From positions 19,592,001 to 19,656,000 of the forward strand of contig JBHGNT010000012.1 in assembly GCA_043228905.1 (NCBI GenBank): a stretch of 64,000 nt of DNA. The letters are read 5' to 3'. Position numbers and translations under genes: made by a program. The stretch's first letter is position 1. Each line of letters opens with the position of its first letter. Source of the stretch: Azolla caroliniana. Its lineage: Eukaryota > Plantae > Polypodiophyta. Shown piece after piece: positions 13,856 to 27,954 of the stretch. The notes below the pieces were generated by a model. That model was not told the origin of the DNA, searched no databases, and was given only the letters and a program-made list of their open reading frames with translations.

Positions 13856-15654
13856 TTACCAACCGTATTTGGCTTGTGTTTCGGACTTTGACATGTAACC
13901 CCTAGATCTTCTTTCAGCGAGCTCCATTTCTTTCTGTTTCATGTCAAAATAAAGAGTTCCAATTTGATGTTTCCTCCTATGTAGCTTTGATGGTTTTCCT
14001 TTGGTCGACACAGGCTGTGGGTTACAAAAAGCATAGTTTTATCATTGCAAACAGAAACATGAATATTTCAAAATATCAATTTCAAATAACAACCCAACAA
14101 TGATGATGGCAAAATCAGCGTTGGGATGCACAAGTTTGATCCATGTAAATCAAAATACGAGAGGTTACACCTATGCCCAATGAGCTTCAAGAATACCAAA
14201 TAAAACACATGGGCAAAGACAATGATCCATCAAGGAAATGTAGTTCGATATTTGGGGAAATAGAGAAGAACTCAGGAGCATTTTGGGAGTTTTACTGCAA
14301 TTTCGACTCTTCTTAAACATAGAAAGATTGACCACAAACAGAAAGATTGACTATAAACAATAAGTGGATGCAATGTTAATAAAGATTCCTCGAAATAATG
14401 AAGATACTAAAACTTTACCTGGTACGCAGGTCCAAATGCAATGCCAGTGGCCCTGATCTGATCCTCCCTTACTTTATTGACTGTTAACTCTGATTGTTTC
14501 ACTTCAATCACAGTGGGGGGTGCATGCTTACCACCACCTTTCCTTCTCTCTTTCATCAGAATATTAGCAAGAGGATCCTCTGTAGTTTCCACACCTTGCA
14601 TTTCTTCATGTGCCATTGTTGCATGATAATCGTGAATCGGCATACCACTGTACTCATTTGATAGCACGCATGCATCATGAGAAGTAAATGATGTTGGCCA
14701 CTGAGATTCGTTCTCATTAATTTTCACACCTTGTGTATAATCCGAGTTATATGTCATCCATTGAGATCGTTCCTCATTACTTTGCAAACCTTGTGGATAA
14801 TCCGAGCTATAATTCGCCCAAGCTCCGATAGAACTACCTACATTCATATCATTTGGAAAATCTACAGCGACAGGAGGTTGATTAGCTTTGATTGAATGTC
14901 CGTTGAATTGTCCTGAAGAGATGGGCATCCCATTGTCAGGATTTGGGCGGATATCATTCGTTGTGATATGACTGGAGAAAATACTCTCTGGACGGACATC
15001 ATTTTTCTCGGGTTGCACGATAGATTCGGCAAAAATAGCCTCTTTTTTCTTAGAATGATCATCATTTACCTCAAGAGCCATACGGCCTGATGAAGTGTGC
15101 CCACTTCCAAGACCAAGAGATGATCCCATATACTTTGGTTTGGGCAAAATGGCTGCCAAACCTTTAGATTTCTCAGAGTCAGCCGCTAATCTCTTTGCTC
15201 TAGCTCTTGAGTATTCATCATCATCATCATCTTCTTTTAAGGCGGATATGTTGATGGCTGGCCTAAACTCCACAACACGTTTCGAGCCTCGGGTTAAAGG
15301 CTCCGATTGTAAGGAAGGATCTGGAAAAGCATTTGAGCTTCTCGGCGGTGGCAAAGCGCTAAATAAAGAGCTTTTCTTTCCCGAAAAAGCTGAGCCCGAC
15401 TTATCTTCAAACTTTGACCTATGGTCTGAAACCCTAACCTGAAGAGAGCTTTCTGTTTTCATGGGATCTCCAGAACTATCTCTTCCTGAAGCTTCTTTTG
15501 GAGGCGGCAAGGAAGAGAACAGAGGAGATGCACGCGAGGAAGAAGACTTACCCGAAGAATGAAGAGACGTTGGATATGGAACAGAAGAAGATTTCTGATG
15601 TGGGTTCGATTCCTCTTCGTCATCGGAGGCGTAATTCGCGAGTAAAGCGTCCAT
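13856..15654 (-). CDS. PRCC: Proline-rich PRCC-family protein, 464 aa
   Basis: complement(join(13856..14014,14419..15654)); phase-0 GT-AG intron. Starts MDALLANYASDDEEE, has LFSSLPPPK-type repeats, ends IAFGPAYQ|PVSTKGKPSKLHRRKHQIGTLYFDMKQKEMELAERRSRGYMSKSETQAKYGW*, the conserved PRCC C-terminus. Confidence 0.93.
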
Positions 15655-15702
15655 GGTTTCTTCGACAGCAGAGACTACAACAGAAGAAAGGGAGGAGCAA
15701 GA

Positions 15703-15739
15703 GAAGAAGAAGAAGAAGAAGAAGAAGAAGAAGAAGAAA
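15703..15739. repeat. (AAG)n microsatellite in the PRCC 5' region
   Basis: Direct observation. Confidence 0.9.
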
Positions 15740-17085
15740 GAGAGTATAAAACAGAAATTGCCCAAATACCCCTCAAGTTTTGGATATTTACCATAATACC
15801 CTTGTATTGGAAAAAGATTTACATGTAGGTATTCGGTTTTGGTTCCTTGGCCTAATACCCTAAACCAAACCGTTTTAAGGAAAAGGTGCAATTGAACCAC
15901 TTAAACCGAACCGTTTTAAGGAAAATGTGAACACAAACCGTTTACACGGGATAGAGGGAGCATGCTCGAGGGAACTTGGAAAGCACTGCAAAATTAGGGA
16001 AAGAGAAAAAGGCTAAACAAGAAACTGGTAACGATTAAGTTGAGCCACTTAAACCAAAAGCTAATCAGTTGACAAATTGATAAGCTCCAGCTTTAGAATC
16101 AAACCAAACTGTTCAATTATATTCAAGCCAAAAGTTTGTTAAACCATGGCCTATTGGTTCAATTTGGTTTGATCCAAAGCGGAACCCATAGCTATTTGCA
16201 CATGTATGCTTGGATCATGAGTGAATATCAACACTAAATGTAAAAAATCAATTCTTGTCTATTCGGTTGCCCATCAGGAAACGATGCATTGATGAAACGT
16301 GAACCTATCATCTTTGTTCCCACATTGAGTTTACCATTGTGTCAAAAATTAATGTTTGTGCTTTTTCGCCCTCTATGATTTTGGGTTCTTTTCTCCTTTA
16401 CTTTGCAACATTGTCTCACTACTTGTGAATGGCTTTGTCCACAGACAATCTCATTACATATGGTCTAGCTTGATGTGGGATGGGCGGCCTAATGATAGTC
16501 CCAATATTGGCTCCTAGTTAATGTTTAATATAGCTTTAATCATAGCGCTTGCTGCACCGATGTTGGAGACTTAGCAAGGGAAGAAGTGTGCTCTAGCACA
16601 ATAGAAAACACACTAATAGCATATATCAATGTTGTGTTTCAGAAGGGGAATGTAAAGAATTGGTGGTGATTCTTGTGCAACGGAATAGACTAGAGATATG
16701 TGTTGTGAGTGTGTGTGTGTGTGTATGAGAGAGAGAGAGAGAAACAAAAGATAGATAGATTTAAAACAAGAATAGAATACTCAAGACAATGCATATTACA
16801 AAAGGAGATTAACCGAACTAGTTACAAAGTAGGAGGAGAGTGCTTTATATAGTCACTCTCTCTCTTCATTAACTACCGAAGCTCATGGGTCATGGGGAAT
16901 GTGAAAGCTCATTAGTTATGTGTCATAGAATATGATTCTATGACACATAGTTAATGTGTGGATAAGAGTGGTGACTTTTGACCTTTGAGTGCACACTCTC
17001 AAGGGTGTGTTCACACACTACTAGACTAGGTTGAGCTTGATTTTCAACACGCCCCCTCAAGCTCAATTTTGGTCGGCTACTTCAG

Positions 17086-20000
17086 TTAATGTCCGCTTTG
17101 GCTCGTATCCGGTTCGAACGGTATCCGGTACATCCAACTCGTACTCCCCCTCAAGCTTGGCAAGTCAAGGACCGTCAACCCAAGCTTTGACAAGAATTGC
17201 CGAAGCTTGTCGGCTCCTAGGGCTTTGGTGAAGATGTCGGTTGTCTGAAGATTCATAGACATATGTTGAAGGCCGACATGGCCAGCCTGAACACGCTCTT
17301 GAATGAAGTGATAGTGCACTTCGATATGCTTCGTGTGTGTGTGGAACACTGGGTTCCGAGCCAGATAAATATTGCTCATGTTGTCGCAGTAAAGGAGAAT
17401 TGGATCTTTGATGGGAACACCCAGATCCTTTAATATCCTCTTGAGCCATACAACTTCACATGCAGCCACCGCCGCGCCCCTGTATTCGGCCTCTGTGCTT
17501 GAAAGAGCGACGGTTGGTTGCTTCTTGCTACTCCAGGAGATGGCTCCACTTCCGAGGGAGAAGACAAAACCAGAGGTTGATCGTCGGTCGGCTTTGTAGC
17601 CTGCCCAGTTGACATCTGTGTACCCCTCGAGTTGAATTGGTGTGGCCGACTTATAGAGAATGCCATAGTCCATCGTTCCACTCACGTATCGTACCACTCT
17701 CTTAGCACAATCCAAATGGATATCTCGTGGCGTTTGCATGAACTGGCTAAGAAGGTCGACTGGATAGCTTAGGTCAGGTCGAGTGATCGTGAGGTAGATA
17801 AGACTACCGATTAGTTGTCGATACTGAGTTGGCTCACACTTTGTGGTGCCAGAATTGGCATCAAGTTTGAGGTTTCGGTCGAGAGGTGTTGCCACAGACT
17901 TGCACTCAGTCGTCCCGAACTTGTATAACAAGTTCAGAATGTAGTGCTGTTGGGAGATCATAATCCCGGTTGGAGTCCGAATTACCTCGATGCCAAGGAA
18001 GTAGTTGAGCTCTTTCATGTCCGTCATCTGGAATTTGTTGGAAAGGAGGGATTTGACCTTGTTGATGTCAATTAGATGCTCACCTCCAATGACCAGATCA
18101 TCCACGTATAGGATGATGACGATTGGACTTTCGGAATCGCTTCTTACATAGAGAGAATTGTCGGATTTTGACATCCAGAAGCCAATTCGATGAAGATATT
18201 GTGTTATCTTTGAGTGCCAAGCACGTGGTGCTTGCTTAAGGCCGTAGAGAGGCTTCTTAAGACGACAGATGGCTTTCGGATGAATGTTGGATTCGAAGCC
18301 GGGTAGTTGTACCATGTACACCTCCTCTTCTAATTCGCCTTGAAGAAAAGCATTCTTGACATCCATCTGGTGGAGGTGCCACCCTTTCGCTGTTGCAAGT
18401 GCTATCACGGTTCACACGGTTGTCATCTTTGCCACCGGGGCAAAGGTCTCTTCATAGTCGACGCCCTGTGTTTGTGCGTAGCCCTTTGCTACGAGTCGAG
18501 CTTTGTAGCGGTTGACGGAACCGTCGGCATTATACTTCACTTTGTATATCCATCTGCAACCGATTGCCTTCTTGTGCGGTGAGTGAGGGACTAGATCCCA
18601 TGTCTCATTCTTGCTAAGAGCTTACATCTCCTCATTCATCGCTTCGACTCATCGAGGATCTTTAACGGCTTCGGCAAAAATCTCCAGTTCTCGAACTGTT
18701 GCCACCTTCATCATAAAGGCATAGTGGTATGCCATATAGTCGTTGTAGCTGAATCGGCTAACCGGATGCTTCTCTCGGGTGGAGTGACGGAGTTTCTCAT
18801 TTGCCGATGTGAGTGCTTTCTCAACTCCGGGTGACCTCATAATAGGCACATCAAAGCCATCGAACTCACTATCGAGTGAATGAGTCAATTCGATGCCATC
18901 GAAGTGATCGTCCTCATATTCCGGCATTTTGGCCTTCCCTTTGTCCATCTTTGGACTTGGCCGAGATGAGCTTTGGTTGCTCGGAGGCTCTTGTGGTCCG
19001 CTCAATCTAGTTGAGATCGGACTCTCTTCGAGTATTGACCTTAGTTGATCATCGTCTTCTGTGTTGTCGAGGTCGTTCGTAGATGGTTCGGGAGGAGTCG
19101 GCTCAGGTTTGTACCATGATGTCGATTTGTCAAAGACGACATCCCGACTTACACAAGTCTTCCGAGTAGAGGGGTTGAAGCACTTGTACCCCTTTTGCTC
19201 TTGTGAGTACCCCACGAGGATGCACTTCTCTGATTTTGGGTCAAGCTTCTGCCGCTTCTCATCGGGAATGTGCACGTATGCAATGGAGCCAAATATCCTT
19301 ACATGGGATAGATCTGGCTTCTTCCTATAGTATTTCTCGTGCGGGGTGACCTCGTGCACTCCGAATGTTGTGCACCAGTTCATGAGGTAGACTACGGTAT
19401 TTGCAGCTTCTGCCCAATATGACTTGGGCATATGCTTCTCATTTAGCATGGCCCTTGCTACTTCGAGGATGTGCTGATTCTTGCATTCGACTACACCGTT
19501 CTGTTGTGGTGTGTGTCGGGAAGTGAATTCTCGCCGAATTCCTTCTTGTCGAAGGTATGCCATGAATGCATCGGAGAAGTATTCCTTTCCTCTGTCTGAC
19601 CGAAGACATCGTACATGACGCCCAATTGTCTTTTTGACTTCGCTTTTGAATTTTTGGAAGTGTGTAAACACTTCTCTCTTCATCCTCATGGGAAAGATCC
19701 ATGTGTATCTAGAGAAGTCATCGATGAAGGTAACATAGTACCGACATCCTCCGAACGTAGTCGTCTGTGCCGGTTCCCACACATCCGAGTGGACTACATC
19801 CAATAGGCCTTTGCTCACGTTCCTCTCCTTCGGGAACGGGTGTCGATGTTGCTTGCCGAATTGGCTAGTGGCACACACGCCTTCAATCTCTTTCTCCATG
19901 AATGTCTGGAGCCCGATGACGACTCCTTTTGATTGCATTGCCTTGAGCTTTTGGAGGTTTATATGGCCAATCCGCTTGTGCCATAACTCTATGTCGGTGT

Positions 20001-22623
20001 TGTGTTTGAGGCCCTTTGCAAACATGGCCGATTTTACCTCGTTCGCTTTGAGGATAAACATTCAGCCTTCCCTTCGACCACCAACAATTAGTCGGCCTTC
20101 CTTCTCGATGAAGCAACCTCCTTGGTTGAATCGAACTTGCATCCCTTGCTCCACAATTTGGCCGACCGAGACCAAATTCTTTGTTATAGTGGGTACATGT
20201 AAGACATTTTTTATGCAAGTTTGTTCACCTTCTTTTCCGAATGGGACGTTGTCGACATGCCGAATCGGATGCGTGGTGTCGTCTCCGGTCTCGACATAAC
20301 CGGGTCGATCCGGCTGTCTAAGGTCTTTGAACCATTCTTGATGAAACATCATATGGTTCGAAGCACCGGAGTCGACGAACCATACATCTTCCGGATTGGA
20401 GGCATTAGTCGAAGTAGAGGCCGACATAGGATTTGCTCTATGTCTCATTACAAACATTCTGCCATGATCTTCATAGTCGGAGTTGGTGGCGTAATTGGTG
20501 AGTTGTCGCCTTGTGGAAGCCGACTCGCGCTGTCGTGAAGATTTTCGGCAATGGTGTGAAAATCGCATAAAACATACGAAATCGAGTATGAATCATATAA
20601 AACAATACTAATGAAAATACTATTTTAAATATGTTTAATATCTTAGTACAAAAAGGATGGAGGTCTTGAAGAGCTTTCGAATGCACTTTACTACATAAGA
20701 AACGGACATCTAAGTGTCAACTTATGTGGGTAGGAAGTTTGCAAAGACAAAGAGAAAAATAAAATTGTGAGATATCCCACATAGACAGGAAATAAGGATC
20801 TCACCATATATAAGGTAGAGCAAAAGCTATTATCTTTGTGTCTATGTGTGGAGCATAGAGAGTTCAAGGTGACTTGAACTAAGCTATTGGATGAATGGGT
20901 ATGGCTTAACTACTTGCAAAGGTTTTGGCCAACCAAACCCGGACCGACGACGGAGCCGGTGAGCCGGAGATAATCGGCATCCGGCAACGGAACCGGGATC
21001 TGGTGTCCAACGACAAAACCGGCATCCGACATCCAGCAATCGGCGACCGACGGTAACCGGCGGCATCCGGCAACTTGAACTAAGCTATTGGATGAATGGG
21101 CATGGCCTAGCTACTTGCAAAGGTTTTGGCCAACCAAACCCAGACCGGCGACGGAGCCGGTGAGCCGGCGATAATCAGCATCCGACAACGGAACCGGGAT
21201 CCGGCGTCCGGTGACAAAATCGGCAACCATTGACCAAACGACGGTAACCGGCGGCGATCGACGTCATCCGGCATCCGGCGACTGGATAGATATATAAATA
21301 AATATATGTATACACATATATATACACACAAGGAGTTCAAGTGTGGATTTAAACCTTGCACCTCCATGTTGAGAGTCTATAAGCTTACCACTAAGCCAAG
21401 ACATTTTCTTAAAATAATATTTTTATCACTGTAACTTTACATGTAAATTCTCATACATGAGAGCTAAAATGAGTGACGTGGTTATCATGCACCACATGTA
21501 ATACATGTGCGCCAAATGGCAAACATGCATTTCATGCATGTCTTGAACCCTCAAATGCATGAGGGCATTTAATCTTGTTCTTCAAATCTAAAGTCAACAA
21601 TTCAATCTTAATCTCTCTCTCAATCTAAATCAAGCGTTCTATCTTATCTCAATCTCTCTCTCTCTCTTTCAATTTATCTTAAATACTTTCTCGCTAAAGC
21701 TTGTGCGAACTTCGAATCCTTTCGGTCCAGAACCCCGGCGGTTTGGCCTCACGATCTGCACGTAGTGATGGATCTTCACGACAGCGCTTCTTCTTTCGAC
21801 ACTCTTCTTCATGGTGGCCGATTTTTCCGCAATAACCGGATTCGATCGAGTTTTGTCGACTCAAACCGGAATGGAAGCTCCCCCTTCTTCCAAAGGTTCC
21901 TCGATGACTTTCGTCTTGTTGCCGAATTTGGGAGTTGTTGTTGTAAGTCAGACCTCGTCCGCCACCTCGTCCTTGGCCAAATCGGCCTCTTGCTTGACCG
22001 CGTCCTCTTCCTCCATTCGAATGCGTGTAGAGCATGTGGCCTTCCGAGGCGTTGCTCCTTGTTCGAACATGATTCTCTTCGACCAATAACATAGATTGAA
22101 GATCAAAGAAAGAGGGAGGATTCTCCCTTGCTAGGACGGTGGTTCTCATCGAGCCGAACCGTGGTGCAAGGCCGCCGAGGCATATTTGCACCATCTCATC
22201 ATCATCCACATTGACGCTTATTGAGCCGAGTGAGTCACAAAGCTCCTTGATCCTCAAGGTGTAGCTTGTGATGGACATGTCCCGTTGTTGGATGTTGTTC
22301 AACTCTTGGCGGAGTTGAAGCTTCCTCGCGGTCGTGTTGGCGACGAAAATCTTTCGTAGATTTTCCCACGCTTGTTTCGGTGTCTTGGCTTCTCGAATGT
22401 AACCGAGCATGTGGTCGTGAGCACATGTCGCCAAGCAATACATTACTTGACTCGCCGCTTGCTCCCATGTTGAGTAGTCGGCATCTTCCGGGTCGGGTCA
22501 GTTTTCTTGTGCTCCCTTGATGTAACCCCAATAGCCTTGACCGACAAGGTATTGGTGCATCTTGTACTCCCAAGATGTGAAGTTGTTTCGGTCCAACTTC
22601 TCTCTAGGGAGAGCGCTCCCCAT
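17086..22623 (-). pseudogene. copia gag-pol polyprotein, disrupted by stops and a 1.25-kb insertion
   Basis: gag (RKLQLRQELNNIQQ), Zn knuckle remnant, PR WFVDSGASNHM, IN VHSDVW..TFIDDFSR..LRSD..PQQNGVVE, RT HQMDVKNAFLQG..LYVDD, RH LEGYTD..ALSSTEAEY. Confidence 0.93.
20531..21783. mobile_element. 1253-bp TG..CA insertion, 12-bp terminal inverted repeats, 4-bp TSD (solo LTR or non-autonomous DNA element)
   Basis: Ends TGTCGTGAAGAT / ATCTTCACGACA; GCGC at 20527-20530 and 21784-21787. Removing the insert and one GCGC restores the gag frame CRKKKRESAS. Contains a ~200-bp tandem duplication (~20873, ~21073). Confidence 0.9.
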
Positions 22624-25600
22624 TTGAGTATTCATGGTGTTCGATGTAGATTTCTTCCTTCTTCTTCTCTCTTGAATACGAGCTATGTAGTCGCACTACA
22701 ATAGTGATGAGCTGGTTCTTCTTGAACGTCGGCGTAGAGCTCAACACACGTGGATGGGCTAGATGGAGCTACCAAACCGCTCTGATACCATGTAAAGAAT
22801 CGGTGGTGATTCTTGTGTAGCAGAATAGACTAGAGATATGTGTTGTGAGTGTGTGTGTGTGTATGAGAGAGAGAGAGAGAAACAAAAGATAGATAGATTT
22901 AAAACAAGAATAGAATACTCAAGACAATGTATATTACAAAAGGAGATTAACCGAACTAGTTACAAAGTAGGAGGAGAGTGCTTTATATAGTCACTCTCTC
23001 TTCATTAACTACCGAAGCTCATGGGTCATGGGGAATGTGAAAGCTCATTAGTTATGTGTCATAGAATATGATTCTATGACACATAGTTAATGTGTGGATA
23101 AGAGTGGTTACTTTTGACCTTTGAGTGCACACTCTCAAGGGTGTGTTCACACACTAGACTAGGTTGAGCTTGATTTTCAACAGGGAACAATATACTAGAG
23201 AGGAGTTGGTCCGTATGACTGTGGTGAGTAGTCTACGCACTTAGAGGTTTATGATTTGGCACTTATGTAAATTGCATTTTTATGTTTGCGTAAAAACTTA
23301 GTCCATTGGTGTAATTGTTGTTTCTGCTAGAACATTAGCCATCTTCAAATTATTTAGGGCAGAACTAAAATTCCCTAACATGATCACTTTTACCAAGATA
23401 CTACCCACATTTTATTATTATTTGAATACCATTATATTTTCTCCAAATTACCACAATATCCATGTGATTTTCAAAAACATGTGCATAACAAGTAGCGGGT
23501 GCGGAGGAGTGGTGCATTGGAGGGGATTTTAATATGATCGAATCCATTCATGATAGCTCTAACAACAACCCTAGAGTCCTACAAGGAAGGGAACGTAAAC
23601 AATGGGAGAAGTTATGTGTACACCTTAACTTGCGAGATATATGGCATTCCGACAACTTCCAACGAAAAAGGGACCTCTCTTATTCTCCCGATTAGATGGG
23701 CGAAATAGTGAACCCACCCTATCTCGCATTGACCGTCTTTATGTAGGCGAGGCCCTAGAAGCGAAGGGAGGGTGGTGTCACATAACTCCAGGCACGACTT
23801 TCTCTGACCATTACCCGGTAATCGGTCACTTTCACTTGCATCAAAAGTGGGGCTCCTTCCAGCCTTGAATCCCAGACACTATCTACACAGTTATAGAGTT
23901 GAAGGAACAACTCACCAACCAATGGTCACTACCTGTCAATGCCTCCTTAGCATCTGACAAACTTCTAGCTAAATTATCAAGAGCTTCAACTCTACTACAC
24001 GAGATTGTCAAGACTAGAAGTAAGGATGCTCAGGAAAAGTGACAGAGGACAAAACGAGGACTAATAGCCTTACAACGACTCCAACAACGATACCCGACAT
24101 GTAGTTGGATCGCGGGACAGGTTGTCATGGCCAAACAAGAACTCATCATGGCAGAAACGGCAATCTATGACATGGAGTTTCATGGAAGCATGGCTCGATG
24201 GATTCGAGTAGGGGACAAAACCACGAAGGAATTCCTCCGATCCAAGGGACCGAGGCACGCTAGAACAATGATGTGCAACCTCAACCGAGCGGATGGAACT
24301 ACCACGGCGGATGGCGGCGAAATGAGGAATATTGCCACAAGTTATTTTAAGCGACTACTTACTGAAGATAATATGGCCACAGGGGAAGACATAAGAGAAG
24401 ATATTATCCTCCAGAGCATACTTGAGAAAGTCACGACGGAAATGAATACATGGCTCGTGCGTCCCCTATCAATCATCGAGATATGGGAGGCCCTCTCTGA
24501 TTTGGATGTAGATAGTTGCCCCAGAATCAACAACCTCACCCCTCACTTTTTCACGTGCCTTTGGGACACTATTAAAGAAGACCTTCTCCAGGCATATGAG
24601 GAGATCATCACCTCTGGAAACATGCCAGAGGAATTTGGACAGGGGATGATACATCTTATTCCTAAAAGTGGTGGGAGTGCCAATGACATTTGTAAGTGGC
24701 GGCCCATAACTCTCCTCAATACTGTCTACAAGTTGCTCGCAAAAATCGTGGCACGCCGCTTAGCACCACTTCTCCCTTAGCTCATTCATCCATCCCATAC
24801 AGGTTTTGTTAGAAATCGGAGCATCCTAGACAACCTCTGGTCATTTTGGGAAGCAATAGCCCTTGCCAAGCGTACCAACAATAGGGTAGTTGTGGTGCTC
24901 CTAGATTTTGAGAAAGCATATGACAAGGTATGCTAGAAATTTCTAGAAAGTGTGATGGGGAAACTCGGCTTTCACGAGTCATGGATCAAAGGCATTGTAG
25001 GACTTTATAGGAACGCTACCAGTTGGTTTTCACTAGCAGGTGAAAGGGGCCCTTTCTTCCGAATATCACGGTTCGTGCAACAAGGCTGCCCAATGGCTCC
25101 ATGCTTATTTCTATTATACGCCGAAGCACTCTCTAGCTTTCTCAAATCACGGCATCTAAGCCTACGTGGTCTTTGTGTGCCACATTCTCACCAAAGCCTC
25201 CTAGATATATAATTTGCAGATGATATCGTGGTCTACTTGCAAGGCAACTTGGAAAATTTACAAAAGCTAGAAAGTGGTTTAGAAGTATTTTGCAAGAGAT
25301 CCAATGCCATGATCAATTGGCACAAATCTTGTGCAATATGGCTCTCTCATGAAGCACATCCTATGTGGCACCCAGATCCCACTTTCAAGTGGATCAATCA
25401 AGGAGTGAGCACCAAATATTTGGGTTTCCAAATTGGGTTTAACATACCTCCGGAGACTATGATTACACCAGTTATTCACTCCATTTGACAAAAGTTAATA
25501 CATTGGAGATCGAAAAAACTCTCGCTAGTGGGGTGCATCATAGTGGCAAACCAGGCATTACTCGCAACAGCATGGTACAACCTATCATGTTGGACAATCT

Positions 25601-27455
25601 CCAAGGAAAGTATACACCAGATTCAAAGACTGGTACACAACTACATTTGGAAGGTGGCGTGGCCTATACTCACATCACCTAAGTTGAGAGGAGGATTGGG
25701 TCTTATTGATCCCCTCTCACAATCAAAATCCCTACTCGCCAAATTTGTGGTGCGAGGACTCCAACCAGGGAATGACTGTTGGAAAATGTTACTACGGTTA
25801 CGCTTTGCTTACTTTAGGCCACGAAAAGTAACCAATTGGGCCGCCCAAACTGGATGGATTCTAAACATGGATCTCAAACCTAGTTTCTCCTGCCAACTAG
25901 AGGATAGATTTAGTGCATCCTTGTGGAAGGTGTGGTGTGACAGTAGACAAGGACTCAAGTGCGATCAACCCAATTCCGAACCTGCTTGGCTCAGTCAACA
26001 TATCCTATGGAACCCATGTATTAGGGATGAATCTAATCAACTAATTGGATCAAGTAAGGGGCTCTCATGGGGATACATGTTGGAAGGTCCAAGAAAAAGT
26101 ATAAAATGTTGGAGACGGTTTATGTCATTGCCAATACAAGACCAAGCCAACATCCTCCATGGAATCAGGGGCAGATGGGCTATGTATGAGATATGAAATC
26201 ATTAATGCTCTACTGATTAGGGAAGCTACTCATCAAAGGACGACCACGAAGAAATGGATAGGCTACAAGGAGGAGGGCTCTTTGATCCCAAGAGGTAGGG
26301 ACACACCAGATAGGATCGAAGGCTCTGAATTGCAGGACAACGAGACATCAACACAACATAAGGCAATTTGAGTACTAGCATATACTGGGCATAAATGGAT
26401 TGTAGATCCTAATCCGATCAAAGTAAAACTAGATTGGCACATATGTACTCATGAAAACACATGGCTACGTAAGTTGGGATCCTTACACGGGGCAAGGATG
26501 CAAACCTATCCCTTTCTTTCAATTCACAACTAGATTGGGTCGCCATATTATAGCCGCTCAATCCGCCTGAGAGCTGGCTGCTGCAAAGGTCTGGTACACA
26601 TATCATGTTCCTTACTCAATTATCACCAAGTTTTGGCTGAAACTCTGGAAACAACAACACGCGAGGCGAATCACCACTTTCCAATGGCTATTAATACATA
26701 AGTCACTACCGGTTGGTGCATGGCATCGTGGGAACCTCAACTCTCCTAATTGTGTAACGTGTCCAGTTGTATTAGTATCCATACGATACGCTCTATGGGA
26801 TTGCCTAGAGTCTCATCAAATATGGCGGGTGGTTGGCCGCTTATTGCAATTATGCCAAGTGCAAGGCTACATCAAGTGGGGGAATGTATGTTCGTTATAA
26901 TGGCAGACCCCAATTGACTGCTATGAGCATCAGGAAGAGGGGATGACTTCGGTTATGGCGGAGTCCCATCGAATATGGCGGGTGGTTGGCCGCTTATTGA
27001 CGGGAACTATTCGTTCCTTATGCTCAACGCTCGGCCACAACCGAGCTTAAAATCATACATAGAAAACGGGAAATGAAACGCACGACACAAAGGAGAGAAA
27101 AGGGTACACATGATGTTTACGTGGAAAACCCAAACTAGGGGAAAAACCACGGCAGCCCACAGGCTGCGAACTATCACTATGCTAGAATGTACAACAGTGA
27201 GTTCACAGAGGCAACAACCTCGTGCTCACGATCTTCGCCACAGGCGGTGGTTACAACAGAGGCAGTGACCTCTTTCTCTCTTTCACTCTCTATACAGTTA
27301 CGCACTCTCTCTTTTCTTGCACCAACAAGAAAATGACAACAATAATAACTAAAATTTTGCCCTAAGTCATATTTATACTAATATGACTTTTCGGCTATTT
27401 ACAAATATAGTGTCGATGGACTCTCAGAAACATATTTACGAATATGTCTCTTCAT

Positions 27456-27890
27456 CCGGTTCTCACCGGGTCTACACCATCCGACTCTCCGTAGCCGGGT
27501 ACTCCTCATTCAGTTCTCACCGGGTCTGCGTCATCCGGCTCTCCGTAGCCGGGTACTCCTCATTCGGTTCTCACCGGGTCTGCACCATCCGGTTCTCCGT
27601 AGATGGGTACTCCTCATCCGGTTCTCACCGGGTCTGCGTCATCCGGCTCTCCGTAGCCGGGTACTCCTCATTCGGTTCTCACCGGGTCTGCACCATCCGG
27701 TTCTCCGTAGATGGGTACTCCTCATCCGGTTCTCACCGGGTCTGCGTCATCCGGCTCTCCGTAGCCGGGTACTCCTCATTCGGTTCTCACCGGGTCTGCA
27801 CCATCCGGTTCTCCGTAGATGGGTACTCCTCATCCGGTTCTCACCGGGTCTGCGTCATCCGGCTCTCCGTAGTCGGGTACTCCTCATCCG
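27456..27890. repeat. 54-bp tandem repeat x8 inside the copia B 3' LTR
   Basis: Unit CCGGTTCTCACCGGGTCTGCGTCATCCGGCTCTCCGTAGCCGGGTACTCCTCAT with alternating variants. Confidence 0.95.
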
Positions 27891-27954
27891 GTTCCGGCAC
27901 TGTTCTTCTCTCTCTTCCCATCCGGAGGGACCTGTCTCCCATCAAACTCCCCTT

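Larger units (their letters stand above)
16651..23182 (-). mobile_element. Full-length Ty1/copia LTR retrotransposon (family A, copy 1)
   Basis: LTRs 16651..17049 and 22791..23182 (TG..CA, nearly identical); 5-bp TSD GGGAA (16646-16650, 23183-23187); tRNA-iMet PBS TGGTATCAGAGC at 22790-22779; PPT from 17050; order gag-PR-IN-RT-RH. Confidence 0.97.

Noticed and set aside
15655-15900. N-terminal extension of the 497-aa ORF with poly-Phe
   Set aside because: Read-through of promoter/5'UTR and a (CTT)n microsatellite; the family-like start is MDALLANY at 15654.
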